A DNA stretch of 59,396 bases, counting the filler, from Fonticula-like sp. SCN 57-25 (lineage: Eukaryota): NCBI GenBank assembly GCA_001724245.1. It is 10 parts of 10 records of this genome, joined end to end, with 100 filler letters (N's around TTAATTAATTAA, not from the genome) between each part and the next. Parts side by side here need not be neighbours in the genome. Positions count along the whole stretch, not along the records: positions 33,641 to 38,718 come from MEDX01000633.1; positions 38,819 to 43,891 come from MEDX01000634.1; positions 43,992 to 49,061 come from MEDX01000635.1; 7 more parts are not named here. One strand, 5' to 3'. A program made the position numbers and the translations under genes. Shown in pieces: positions 35,149 to 47,571 of the stretch. The number at the start of each line of letters is the position of its first letter. Position 1 is the stretch's first letter. The notes under the pieces were generated by a model, which had not been told where the DNA came from, made no database searches, and worked only from the letters and a program-made list of their open reading frames with translations.

Positions 35149-36397
35149 ATGATGAACAAGGAGCAGCTCGTTGAGCTGTTGATGGAAAATGTGGAATATG
35201 TCGTCATTGCAGTCGTTGTCGTTGTGATCGGTGTCATTTGCGCCTATGTCGTGCGTGGCGTGCTGCGCAAGGCAACGCGGCGACAGGAGCGTCGCGAGCG
35301 ATCAAAGGTCGGCAATGTGAACGAGCAGCGCCTTCACCGCTTCAAGGAAGAGGGCGTCATTGAAGGCTCTGACGAGGTGGAAGACGACGCTGCATCGGCC
35401 GGCAAGAAGAAGAAGAAGCGCAAGACGGTCGTCTCTGCCGCCGCCCCCGCCGCTGCCCCCAAGGAGGCTCCCAAGGAAGCCGCCAAGAAGGAAAAGCCGG
35501 CCTCGGACAAGGAAGCACCCAAGCGCAAGAAGGTTGTTGTTGTCGATCCCACCGATGCCGCCGTGCCCGAGCACCACGAGGTCCCCGTGGCGAGCAGCAA
35601 GCCCGCCAAGTCTGCCCTCAAGAAGACGGCCGCCCCCGCTGCTGCCCCCAAGGCGTCATCGGCATCTGCATCTTCTTCGTCCTCGTCTGGCCCGGTGCAG
35701 GACGATGCTTTCATGCGGATGATCGGCCAGGTCTCTCGCCTCAACCCGGATCAGCTCACGATCCTCGTGGACGCTGCGCGCGAGCGCCAAGGCTTGTCGA
35801 CCGGGTGGGTTCACTCGTCGGGCGACACTCCGAGGACGCTCGAGGACCGCGTGGCGGCTGCCGAAAGCGAGGCGGCCGAACTTGCGACGACGGCAAAGTC
35901 ACTCAGGCAGTCGCTCGAGACGGCCAAGGCCCTCAGGGACGCCGCGCAGCACGATCTCGCGGCGCTCCAGGAGCAGACTACCGCAAGGATTGCCGAGCTC
36001 CAGGAGGAGTTGAGGTGGGCGAACGAGCGCGTCGCGGCACTCGAGCGAGGCAAGGCAGAGTGGTCCGCCACTGAGCAGGTACATTGTCGGGGGTCGATCT
36101 AGGGGGTGATTTGGGGGCCTTTTTGGGCTTTTTGTGTCGTTGGGAAGCTAGTGTGTATGTTAATACTTTTGTGGCACATTAAGCCGACCGAGGGGGATTT
36201 CCCGTGCCCCCTCGGTGACTATGCCAATTTTCGAGTCTAGTGCCAGAGTGAAATACTTGGGCGGCGGGGCTTTTGCTTTGACAGAGACCACTTTTGTCTT
36301 GGCAGTCCACCCATTGTCCGACATTCCTTTTTCTCTTTTAGATATTTTTTCTTGTTTATTGTGCTCTTTCTGATGCTAACATGTCGAGTAGCTGTGA
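35149..36397 (+). CDS. Hypothetical protein: N-terminal TM helix, Lys/Ala/Pro-rich linker, C-terminal coiled coil; snoRNA host gene
   Basis: Long GC3-rich ORF with VVIAVVVVVIGVICAYVV. Donor GTACAT at 36079 and CTAAC...TAG at 36391 give a last exon coding only Leu-stop. Confidence 0.75.
36172..36326 (+). ncRNA. Intronic box H/ACA snoRNA, SNORA70-like 5' hairpin
   Basis: Hairpin 1: TGGCAC/GTGCCA lower stem and a perfect ACCGAGGGGG/CCCCCTCGGT upper stem. Hinge AGAGTGA (imperfect H box). Hairpin 2 ends in ACA at 36321-36323. Pocket strand ATTAAGCCG is antisense to conserved 18S CGGCUUAAU. Confidence 0.75.
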
Positions 36398-36599
36398 GCA
36401 TGCCGAGGCCATTTGATTTTGCCATCATGTATAAATAGTTTTCTTTTCCATCTATATTGTAATTTATTTCAAGTTTGTTCCGATCTGTTTCTTTGCCGTT
36501 GTTGTTCCTTTGTACAATACACACATTTGAGAATCGCCTTGTCTATTTGTACAAATGATGCGTTTACCCGCCCAATGAATATGTTTTTTCACGTCCCTT

Positions 36600-38718
36600 C
36601 TACGCCTCGTACTCGCGCAGCACGACCGGGATGGACGTGCACGGGATCATGCCGACCTCGGAGATGACCATCGTGATGAACTCGGCGGGTGTGACATCAT
36701 AGGTGACGTTGAGGATCTTGAGCGAAGAAGAGTCGCGCCAGTCGGCCAGCGGCGTGTGCTCGCGAGGGCCAACATCAACAAGATCATCGGGATCGCCTGC
36801 CGGGAATGTCAGTAAAGGGAGAGATAAGGCAAGAACGTAAAGAAAAGGACACTAGAATGACCACAAGTACATTGAAAACGACACTAGAATGACCACAAGT
36901 ACAGTGAAAATGACACTAAAATTACACAAAAAGCCTCAAATAATCACCAATTACCCACCGATTACCCACCAAATACCAACCAAAATAACCCATTTCCCTA
37001 CACGTACGCAGTTCGTTAAAGACAAATGAATCCAACTGAACACGCTCCGAAAACTTTATTGTCTCCGAGCACACCATCACCGGCACCGAATTCAAGTGCG
37101 CCATCATGGCCACACTCGCCGTCCCAACACGCGCCATCAGCGCACCATTCGCAAACATGGCATGCGCCCCCAAGAACACCTTGCTAACCTCCTTCATGAC
37201 GTACGTCAGCGCGCTAATGAGCACATATGTGCACTCGACGCCCTCCTCGAGAAGTGTCTTTAATAGTGCTTTGCCTTCAAAGAGCGGCCGCGCGTCAACA
37301 ATAATGACGCGGAAACGCTTTCCTTGCTGCTTCCAGGCTTCAAGCAACACCTTGCAAACCACGGACGAGTTTGCATAGGTGAGGATGACGTCACCGTCAT
37401 TGATCTTTGACGCGCCGAATCCGCAGAGGAGCTCGTCGGCGAGCTCGTAGCGCTCCTTGATGAAACGGTCGATCCAGTCGACAAGATGGCCACGTGCTTC
37501 TTCCTCTGCAAACTGCAAACTGGGGAGGTCGGCGATCTGCTTCTTGAGCAGGCGGATGGCGTTGCCCATGGGGACGCCCATGGGGCGGAACTGGGTAAGG
37601 TAGGTGATCTGCGGGCGGAGGTGCCCCTCAAGAGTGCGGCTCAGCTCCTGATTGGGCGGCACGCGGTAGTCGCGGATGACGTCCTGGAAGGCGCGGAGCA
37701 TCGAGGTCCAGCGGGCATTGGCGCCGACGACGAGGGCGTCGGTGGACTGCGAGCGAAGGCCAAGCTGGAGAATAGAGGGGTGGATCACTGAAAGGAAGAA
37801 AAGTTAGGAAAATGAACGAAAAAGAGGGAAAAGGAGTCACAATAACCATGTTAACTTGTCAAATTGAATATGGATGCCAACGAGACATCAATACTTGCAC
37901 ATGACTCCCTTCATCTTACCCTACCCCCTGCAACACCATTCTACTAATGTCGTACCGGCCTTGGAGTTCTTGATGCCAGCCGAGATGGACGCCTCGCGCT
38001 CGTACTGCGGCAGGTGCGAAAACAGAGCGACCTTTTTCTGCATCTGCGTCCGCTGGATGATGCCCGTCTTCTCCATCTTGCTCTTGACCTTGGCGTCGTC
38101 GTACTGCGGAAGCGACTGCACCTTGCTTCCGGCCGTGCCGGCCGCGCCGCCGGCCGCCTTGGCGGTCTCAGCAGCAGCAGCGCCGCCCCTCGGCGCGTTC
38201 TCCTTGGCGGCGCCGCCTGATGCCGCCGCCGCAGCGGGCGCGGGGCCCTTGCCTTCCTGAGCAAGACGCTGCGCCTTGGCGAGACGCTGCGCCTCCTGCA
38301 TCTCGCGACGCTCAGCGCGCGTCGTCACCTTCTTCTCAGCGCCGGCGGGAGGCTTGCCGCCACGCGGCGGGGATGCGGTGGCGGGCGACATGCCGGCCGA
38401 GGGCGACATGGCCATGCCCGCCATCGAGGATGTCACGGCATCCACGGCGGCCTTGGACGGATCCGCATCGCCAAAGGGGGACGACGTGGAAGAGGAAGGC
38501 GAAAAGGACGCGTACGACTCGTTCGTCGCGGGGTTGCGCTTCGGCGGGGAAGATGCCGCCTTGGCATCGGGCGAGGAGGCCTTGCCGTCATCGACATTGA
38601 AGCCATGCGTGCGCTTGCGGGGAGCGCCATCAACGCGGAGCGCCTGATGGCTCGACTCGCGCTGCTGCTGGCGGTCAAGCGAGGTCGCTGGGAGGGCGTC
38701 AGAAGGAGAGGGAGCGGG
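36600..38718 (-). CDS. EIF2B4: Translation initiation factor eIF2B subunit delta, 5'-truncated
   Basis: TRAERREMQEAQR, KKVALFSHLPQY, IHPSILQLGL, VGANAR, KVFLGAHAMFANGALMARVGTA, KFSERVQLDSFVFNELGDPDDL, YDVTP, TSIPVVLRE. Confidence 0.96.
36848..36918. repeat. 32-bp tandem duplication in an eIF2B-delta intron
   Basis: GACACTAGAATGACCACAAGTACA at 36848 and 36880, with a partial third copy at 36912. Confidence 0.85.
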
Positions 38719-38818
38719 NNNNNNNNNNNNNNNNNNNNNNNNNNNNNNNNNNNNNNNNNNNNTTAATTAATTAANNNNNNNNNNNNNNNNNNNNNNNNNN
38801 NNNNNNNNNNNNNNNNNN
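38719..38818. other. Artificial contig linker
   Basis: 44N + TTAATTAATTAA + 44N. Confidence 0.99.
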
Positions 38819-38830
38819 GTTTGGTCGTAC

Positions 38831-39158
38831 GTAGATTAGGTCGCGCGTGAAGCGAAGCTTGATGTTGCGCAGGATCGACCCCTCGTGCAAGTCCCCCAAC
38901 TTCACCATATCATTCACGCCATCAATGGACGTCTTGTCCATCGCGCGTACGCTCGCCGCCGGGTACTCCTTGGTTGCGCCCGACTCGAGCTTCACCGTCA
39001 CCGACCCATCGGAAGTGGGCTTCACAACCTGGCCGGACGCCAGGCCACTGTCTCCATCGGGAACCCAGACCCACGCATTCTAGTAGAAACAGCACACAGA
39101 GTCAGTGACTATTCGAGCGGGGGGCGCCATGACGAACCGCTTCCAGCATGGCCGACAT
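38831..39158 (-). CDS. Myosin heavy chain N-terminus (class VII/MyTH4-like by motif), 3'-truncated
   Basis: WVWVPD...GQVV, then MDKTSIDGVNDMVKLGDLHEGSILRNIKLRF..DLIY, the start of a myosin motor domain. Class is tentative. Confidence 0.88.
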
Positions 39159-39874
39159 GCCGAGGAGGCGGGCACCGTGGCTTGGCTTGGCCTGGTCGTA
39201 GCTCGGAGAGTTTGATTAATTAAGGGGGTATCACGTGACGAACGTTCACGTCATCATTGGGCGGCTGCAAATTGACAAATTTTACTTTTTTTCACTCGAT
39301 TGCACACAGATTTGCGTCGGGGCTGCCCACCTTTGCAAGCTTGCAGCATTCGATAGCTAGGGCGAATAGCTTGATCTTGCCACGGCGACCTTTCTTCAAC
39401 CGGATCAGCCTGCAAGCACACGACGCAGCGTTGACTGGAGGGCGCAGGTGGTCTCTAGAGTCGTTTGAGGTAGACGTTTAGAAGGGACGCTTCGTCAGGC
39501 AGACAGGTACTTTGCAAGCAATCCTGTGCCTGGTTGTCCTGCACGCTGCCCTTGCCTAGCCGCGACGCATTACCCATCTTGTTTCACTTTCCCCTTCCCC
39601 CTCTGCGACACCGTTTATCTGCGCGGTGTCCTTGCGCGTTCCCGCCTTCAACGCGCTGACCCTTGGCAGACTCAGCATCCTGCAAGGCCGCCGATTCTCC
39701 AGCGACTCGGTAGGGAGCGACAGCGACGACGCCAGTGACTACTCGTCGCCCGAACCACAGTACGTCTTTTAAGCGCTTTTTATGTAAGTATTGTTTCTGC
39801 TGGGGTCTGACGCGCATTTGTTTTTCTGAAATAGCTACAGCGAGCCACAGCGGAAGCGACAAAAGGTTCCTTTC

Positions 39875-42800
39875 ATGACGGCGACAGTGGGGCACGAGCT
39901 CGGCGATGCGCGTCAGCTTATCGATGCGCTTCGACGCGGTGCGCACCTTGATTTTTCTTTTCCGCGTTCTCACTGTGCGCGATGTTAGACGCGTCTGTTG
40001 CGGCGCCGCTTGATCGCCTCGCCGCCTTTTACCAGGCGGCGCTCAACGGCTCGCGCATCGCATCCTCGGTCGAGTCGGACCCTTTCGTGCGCGAGCACAT
40101 TGTACTAATTGTAAAGACAATTTTGTCTCGAAGGTTCGTTTCTTTATCGTTTCTTTGTTGCTTTTCCATGTTAACATTGCCCTTTCCTCTATCCCTTCAC
40201 CTCTTGTTAGCGATTCCGGTCAATCCGCCGAGCCCGTTTCTTCATTTCTCTCCAAAGTTCTCCAGTGGACTCTTCTTGTCGTTCCCTACGACCTTCAGTC
40301 GTTCCTCGACGCGTCCGCGCTGATCATCGGTTCGTCTCCGTGCAACTTTTTCTCGCGCAACCCTTCCGTCCGGCCCGACCTCCTTCGCCAGCTCGAGTCC
40401 CTGGACGGCTGCACCGTCGTAAAAGCACGCCTCGACCGGAAAAAGCTTGTCCCTCTGTCGCAGATGCGCCTTTTGCTGGACGTGTACCGCTGCGCGATCC
40501 CCGAGGACCGCGTGGACGAGCTGTGCCCACCTGGCCTGTCCGCAGTTCTGACCAACCTGAGCCTCGCGACGGTGGATGACGTCAAGACGGGCTCGATGCG
40601 CGACCTCGTGCAGCTCTACGACCTCTTTCTGACGATGTTGAACGAGACGAGCGGCAAGTTTCACGCGCTGCAGAGTGACCTGAGCGGCGCGCGCCTCAAG
40701 CTGGCGCAGCTCTTTTTGCGGTCCAACAACCTTGAGCGCCGCCTTGCGGGTCTCACCGACATCAAGGAGACGCTCGGCGCGCTTATTGACCAGTGCCCCT
40801 TGTCAGCCGGCCCGGGCGAGCCGCCGTCGCCCGCCCTCAAAGAGATGCTTACCTACGTCGGCGAGCTCTCGCGCTCGGGCACGCTCGAGTATATCTTTGG
40901 CGCCAATATCCACCCCGAGCTTGTCGTGCGCTCTGCCGACGTTTTGCGCGCGTTTGTGTTTGCCGATCGCCTCACCGAGGACACGCTCAACCTCATCTGG
41001 GCGCACTGCACTGGTAAACAGCATCGCTCGCTCGTTCGCGCCGTCTTTACCGCGCTCGGTGACATTGTGCCGTCCCTCAGTGACGCTCAGCTCGTGTGGC
41101 TCAAGGGCAAGCTTGACACGTACCCCGAGGAGCTCGTCGACGCGCCGTTCCTCCAGCTCGTGTACGTTTACGCGTCGCTGATCGAGCAGCGCGCTCCGCT
41201 CAAGGTCGACGCCCTGTCGATCGCCGAGGTCCCCGGCTGCGACGTGCTGTGGCGCGTCATCATGCGCGCCACGCCAGAGACGCGCGAGGCGGCCGCGCAG
41301 GCGCTCATCTACCTCACGCAGGTGCTCGTTCGCCCGGACCTCAACAAGTACCGCGCGCTGGCTTACGTCAGCATTGCCTCGTGCATCACCGAGCATAGGC
41401 AGGTGCCTTTTGCGCTCCAGCTGCTTCCCAAGCTCGCTGCCGCGACGGCCGGTACCCGATTCACGTCCGCCGACGGCGCCGACGACGCCACAAACCACGC
41501 ACTCTTTCAGCGGACGGTCGCCGACGTTGTCGACGGCATCCGCAAGGTGATTTCCTTCAAGTCCTTCTTTGACGACATGGCGCACTACCGCCAGGCCGCC
41601 GCCGCGCAGGTCGCCGAGATCAAGGCCGAGGCACCCTTTACGGCCGACTTTGCGGCCGCCGTTGTCATTGAGGCGCACGGGCATTGCGAGCAGCTCCAGG
41701 CGAGGCTCGACTTTTTGCGCTTCATGATGGAGCACACGGCCGACGGGTTCATCACGGAAAAGGCGCAGTTTGACGAGCTGTGGGCGACGGTGTACGAGCG
41801 GGCGCTCTCGCAGACGGACCGCGATATTGGACTTCAGTGGCTGCGAACCGTTCAGCGTGTACGCTTGATTAATTTGTGACAATTTTGGTGACTAAACACG
41901 CGGTGTCTTTTTCTCTTTTTTCACAGCCTCTGGAGCTGCTTCAGTACCTTTACCAGAACCGCCTTCCCTCCGCCGACCTCGTAAACGCGACGCCGTCGCT
42001 CCTTCAGGTCGCCAAGCACCTCTTTGCTCAGGTGAACTGGTCTGCCCGTCTGTACAGCATTGCAAACGACAAGCCCGTCGTGCACGGCGAGAACCTTATT
42101 GGCCTTGACCTCTTTTGGAGCCTCGCGATTGAGCCGCAGAGTGATATCGTGGCGCACGACGCCGCGATGCACCTTGTGACGCTCGTTCTCGCACTTCCCC
42201 CCGACCTGTCCAAGCTGTGGGCATCCACTCGCCGCGCCTTTATTGACCGTTGCTTTGCCAACCTGCAGGACCGCGCCGCCAAGCTGCGCTCCGCGGGCAC
42301 CGCCAACACGCATCAGGTGGCTGCGCTCCGCATGCAGATTTCTCACCTGCTCATGCTTGTCAAGCTGTTGCTTGAGTCCTTTGCGGCGCGCTGCCCGGCC
42401 GAGATGCTGCAGGCGGCCGTCCGCAGGCATGGTGTTGGCGCGCGCGGCGAAAAGGTGTCGCTTACGGCGAGGCCGATGGACAGCTCAGACACGCCGCCAG
42501 TCACTATTGTGTGCTACAAGAACGATACGGTCAGCGAGCTCAAGAATCGCGTCGCGGCCGAGTCAAAGCGCGGCGGAGTGGAGAATCTTCGCTTTTTCAT
42601 CAACGCAAAGGAGCTCACGGCGGCGCTCGACACACAGACGTTGAGCGAAATCCGCGTTGAAGATGGCAGCGTGGTCGTGTTTGCGAACCGGCCGAGTGGA
42701 ATGCCGGCGCAAGGTGATGCGGCGGCGCTGCCGGTGCTAAAGTCAGACGCAAAGGATCGCGTTCCGGCGCTCATCATTTCAAACCAGTACTTTACGCAGT

Positions 42801-43891
42801 TGTTTGATATGCTTGCGCTCGACGAGCAGTTGTCATACTCGGTACGAGTCATTATTGGAAATGCGTATTTTTGTGTGGGGAATCTTTTTTGGTGTCGTTT
42901 CCCTTTTTTATTGGCATTTTCTGACACTTTTCCTTTCAGATTTGGGACATTTTGATGCTCCTCCCCACGAACGCGCCTCTTCACAGCGCCATTTCCTCGC
43001 TTTCCTTTGTCGGCGATTCGCTCTCCAACCGCGCCTCCGCCTGGAAGACGATGCTCGACCCTTCCAACGTGTTCAAGCTCCTCTACTCGCTCCAGGTCAT
43101 TGAAGCCGAGCTCGCCAAGAGCAAGTCGGACGCCGACGGCTCTTCTTCCCCGTCCACTGCCAGCTGGCGCGCCAAGTTTGTCCAGCTGGGCGGCCTGACG
43201 CACCTTTACCGCATTCTCGTCTCGATTGACGTGCGGTCATTCCTCGTCTCGCCGCTGCGCGAGTCGTGCCTGCGGCTGCTCCTGTCGCTCACGTACTCGT
43301 TCGCGGTCGACACCAAGTCGGGCGTTTATATCGTTTCGACCATCAAGGCGCAGGATATTCAGGTGGACGGCGATGTGCTCAATCTGTGCACGACGCTGCT
43401 AAAGATGGTTGATGTGGTTGCGGGGGAGGCGCCGCCAAAGAACGAGCTCGTTACGGGCAACGATGTGTCGCAGACATTCCCGTCGAGGGCGCTCCACCTC
43501 TTGTTTTCATTGGCACTTTCCATTCGTACGTACATTATTTTGTGTGGAGTTGAATGTGTGTTTGTCATGGTCATACGAGTATATTTTGTGCCTTTTCTCA
43601 TTTTCGCCACTTTTTCGTTCATTTTCTGACCTTTTCTCTCTAGCCGAGGTCGGCCAGCGCCTCTTTTCGCTCCCCGCCTTCAAGGACTGGTTCCGCGCCA
43701 CTCTTCTCGCGGCGCGCAACACTGTCGTCCGCCAGTCCGTCACCCTCGCCACAACGCGCTTCTGCAACGCCGTCGTGCAGACATTCCCTCCCGAGCAGCT
43801 GTGGACCGACAGCCCCTTTACGAGCCTTTTCTTCCTTGTTCACTCGATGCTTTCCTACGCCATTGAGCGCGCCGACGCGTCGGTCACCGCC
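39875..43891 (+). CDS. USP9/USP24/USP34-family deubiquitinase N-terminal region, 3'-truncated
   Basis: LERRLAGL..I, EYIFGANIHPELV, LIW...KQH, LIGLDLFWSL, HG...RG, a ubiquitin-like segment, WDILMLLPTN, FKLLYSLQVIE, FVQLGGLTHL. The catalytic domain lies outside the contig. Confidence 0.82.
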
Positions 43892-43991
43892 NNNNNNNNN
43901 NNNNNNNNNNNNNNNNNNNNNNNNNNNNNNNNNNNTTAATTAATTAANNNNNNNNNNNNNNNNNNNNNNNNNNNNNNNNNNNNNNNNNNNN
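43892..43991. other. Artificial contig linker
   Basis: 44N + TTAATTAATTAA + 44N. Confidence 0.99.
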
Positions 43992-45965
43992 GTTTTCCTC
44001 GTGAAAGACTTCCGATCGCAGCTTTTCAAACCTGTCCGACAGCACACCCTGATTTGCCCTCTTGAACAGCTTTTCCATCTTTAGCGTCGGCCTGTTCACC
44101 GCGCCGCCCCCTTCCTTGCCCGCCTCTTCCGCGTCCGCCCGCTCCGCCGTCTGCAGCGCACGTGACATATTCTTGAGCGCCTTTGCCTTTTTCACGAACC
44201 GAATCTTTGGCATCACTGGCAAGCCCAGCGCCTCTGCAAACTTTTCCGCCGGCAAAGCGTGCACGTCAAAGATGGCCTTGTCGGATTTCAGGTAAATGGA
44301 GCGCATGTAGCCGACAAACGCCTTTTGAGCAAGGTATTTAATCTCGCTGTCTTGCGTGCAGAGGCCCGCGAGCTGCGTTTGGATAGAGACGGTCTTGCTC
44401 GGGTTGACGTGGATCTGCTCGAGCGGGACGCGCTTGGCGGCGAGCGCGGCGAGCATGCCGGGCGACTCGGAGGGGAGCAGGAAGAGGAGCGCGTGGCCGT
44501 GCGCGTCGTAGCGGGCGGTGCGGCCGACGCGGTGAATGTACGTGTCGACGTCTTCGGGGCAGTCGACTTGGACGACCCAGTCAACGGCGGGGAAGTCGAG
44601 GCCGCGGGCGGCTGAGAAGAGGGTCAGTGGGAAAGAATGGGGTGGAAAGGGGGTGGAAAGGGTAGAAAATGGATAGAAAATGGTGCAAAAATGACCGAAA
44701 ACACCCACAAAATGACACGGAAATGACCAAAAACACATCAAAAACACACCAAAAACATCCATAAAATGACCAAAAACATCCATAAAATTTTCTTTCTTGC
44801 GTACCGATGTCAGTTGCAAAGAGGACGGCGTGCTGCTTGCTACAAAAGTCGTCATAGATTGCCATTCTCTTTGGCTGCTTTTGCTTGCCGTGCAGGCACA
44901 TGACCGGCACACCCGGCCTGAGCTTCTTGAACGCCTCATAAACAAACCTCACTTGCTTGCACGCCGACAAGAACACGATGCACTTGCTGGTCAAGTGCGT
45001 CCTGATGAACGAAAAGAGCACGTCGAGCTTGTCGTAGAGCTCGGTAATGATGTAGCTCTGGACGAGCTTGGACGGCGTGGCGTGGCTGGCCTGCTCGTGG
45101 ACGGCGACGTACTCTGGCTCCTTGAGGCTGAGCCGCGCGAGATCCTTGACCGACTTTGTCTGCGTGGCGGAAAAGAGAAGCGTCTGGCGCTGGCGGGGGA
45201 GGTGGTCGAGGATGGCGTTGAGGGTGGCGGCGAAACCGAGATCGAGGATGCGATCGGCCTCGTCGAGGACGAGCAGCTGCACGTTGCTCAGCTCAAAGTC
45301 GGGCGTCTGATCCATGTGCTGGAGAAGGCGGCCGGGCGTGCAAACGAGAATGTTCATGCGGGAAATGCGAAGGGCCTCGCTCTTGAGATCCTTGCCGCCG
45401 ATGACGAGGCCGGCGGAGAACTGATGGTGGATGCCGGCCTTGCGGAGAACCTCAAAGATCTGGAGGGCGAGCTCGCGCGTGGGGGCGATGATGACGGCGC
45501 CGAGGCCGTCCATAGGGTTCCACTTTTCGGCGTAGAGGCGCTCAAGGACAGGGACGACAAAGGCGAGCGTCTTGCCGGAGCCGGTCTTGGCGGCGCCGAG
45601 GACATCGCGGCCGGTCAGCGCAAAGGGGAGAGCGCCTCGCTGGATGTCGGTCAGCTCAACCCAGCTAGACTCTTTCAGACCTACGGAGCATGTGCGTTAG
45701 AAACGCAAAGGAAAATGGAAAGGAAAGTACCCTTGAGCGTAAGCTGAGAGATAGGAAGCTCATCAAAACGCTTCAGGGAATCGTCGGGCTTGAGATCCTG
45801 GCAGCGCTGCTTAAGCTGCTCGAGCTCCTGCGCCTCAGAGAGCTTGCGCGAAGCCTTTTCAAAGCAAGAATATAAAGTGAGTATAGAGGAAAGCAAAGAA
45901 TGACGGGTGCGCACGCGAGGGCTCGCCTGGTAGTGCTTCTTCTTGTACTTGGCCTTCTTGTCCAT
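43992..45965 (-). CDS. DBP4: DEAD-box RNA helicase DBP4/DDX10, 3'-truncated
   Basis: [96 protein letters not shown]. Confidence 0.97.
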
Positions 45966-46244
45966 GCTCACGCTGGGGCCGCCACGCTGTGCACGACGAT
46001 GAATGTTCACGTGGCCGTTGAAATGTCATCGTTTGAATCAGCCTGAAATCAGAACATAATCAGACAAGAATCAGACGCTGAGTGGATCATGTACGCCGAT
46101 TGCGCAGCGCATCGGGCCTTTAGCGGACATCGGCGGGACTGGGAATTGAATAGCAACGACACCGTTTATTCGTAAACCATTATATACATCAAACGTTATA
46201 GAATTGCAAGATTCAACAAAGGTCGCCGACCACATCGACCAGAT

Positions 46245-47157
46245 TTATGCCCGCAGGCGATCGAGCCTCGCCTGCAGATCCTCGTCTTCCCGCGATGAGC
46301 TGGCGGCAGCGGGCGACGCGCGCGTCCCGATAGGCGCGCTGGCCATTTTGCTTCCGATGTCGATGCCGATCTCGTCGAGGAGCGCGTCCATGATGTTCTG
46401 GCTCTCCTCCTCGTCCTCCTCGCCGTCCATGATGCCGTCAATCGAATCGCTCACTAAAAGCGTGTCAAAATACAGTACAAAAACGCGTCTATAAAACGCA
46501 CTCATTTCCTCGGTCATGTCCATTTGCATATTCTGGCGCTCAAAGTCCATCATTGTCTTTTTCACCTGCTCGACATTCATCGACTTGTTGGCGGTCGCCA
46601 TGGCCTGCAAAGTAACAAAAGATACGAAAGGGTGTTGAGAAAACAATAAAAAGGCCGTAAAACGGAAATTAAATATGACGCACCTGCGTGGCACCGGCCA
46701 TGGCCTTGCTCATAGCAATATTCGACTGGACGGCCTACAAAGCAGGGATCGCGTCAGCAAAACGTTTTATGATCTCGCGTCTGAGGCGTACCGTGGTGCG
46801 CATCCCGACGCCCTTGATTGACGCGCTGACCTTGTGGCTCTTGTCGCGCTGCGCACGGAGACGCACCAGCTGCTTGGCGTACGTGGCGGCGACCGCCTGA
46901 TTCCCCGCCTTGGCCGCCTTTTTGATCTCGGCCACCTAAGCAGCGGCGTAAGCAAATGCGATGGCCAAGCACAAGCAAATACGCACGATCATCTGCTCCT
47001 GCTTGTCCAGCTGTGCGCGGTCGCGCTCAAGCTCGCGCTCCACTTTCGTCAGCTCGCGCTTCTGCTGCTGGATTTGCTCTGTCCCAACAGAATGAGTACA
47101 CGTCAACCATGGCAAACCTGCAAAAGACGTACTCTTCGGGTCCGGCTTTGAAAACAT
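46245..47157 (-). CDS. CHMP2B: ESCRT-III Vps2/CHMP2 family protein (CHMP2B-like), 6 exons
   Basis: RELERDRAQLDKQEQ, EIKKAAKAGN, AKQLVRLRAQ, MDMTEEM, LDEIGIDIGSKMASAP, MIM1-like DLQARLDRL. Confidence 0.85.
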
Positions 47158-47571
47158 GCTAAAGTCGGTCTTTCAATATATCTCGCGCTGTACTTGTTGA
47201 AAAAAGAAGGGAAGGTCGCCTTGTAGCTCCGGTCAACAAGCGCCCTTGCCTCTGCAGAAACTCGATGGTAGCCGCCGGGCAAACACCAAGGTGTCGGTCA
47301 CGTGATTTGGTTTGAAGTATAAGGCCGCAAAGGAATTGGACATGGTCAAGGACGTGGACATGGTTTACGTATATGGAAACGCATGGACATACACACATAC
47401 ATGCACATGCACATTGTCGTAGCATTGTATTATGTGCCCATGTTTCTCTGTCTTTCCACCCACTTTCGTTCATCCCCTCAAATCCTATCGATATATTCAA
47501 CTTGACTGTACACAGATCAGACTAGATTACACATGACATCAAAATACAATACAGCGCCCACCTCTTCCTCA

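Noticed and set aside
44797..45747. Long antisense ORFs (also 40803-41882, 34041-34853, 51271-52455)
   Set aside because: Shadow frames of GC3-rich genes on the opposite strand, with no motifs of their own.
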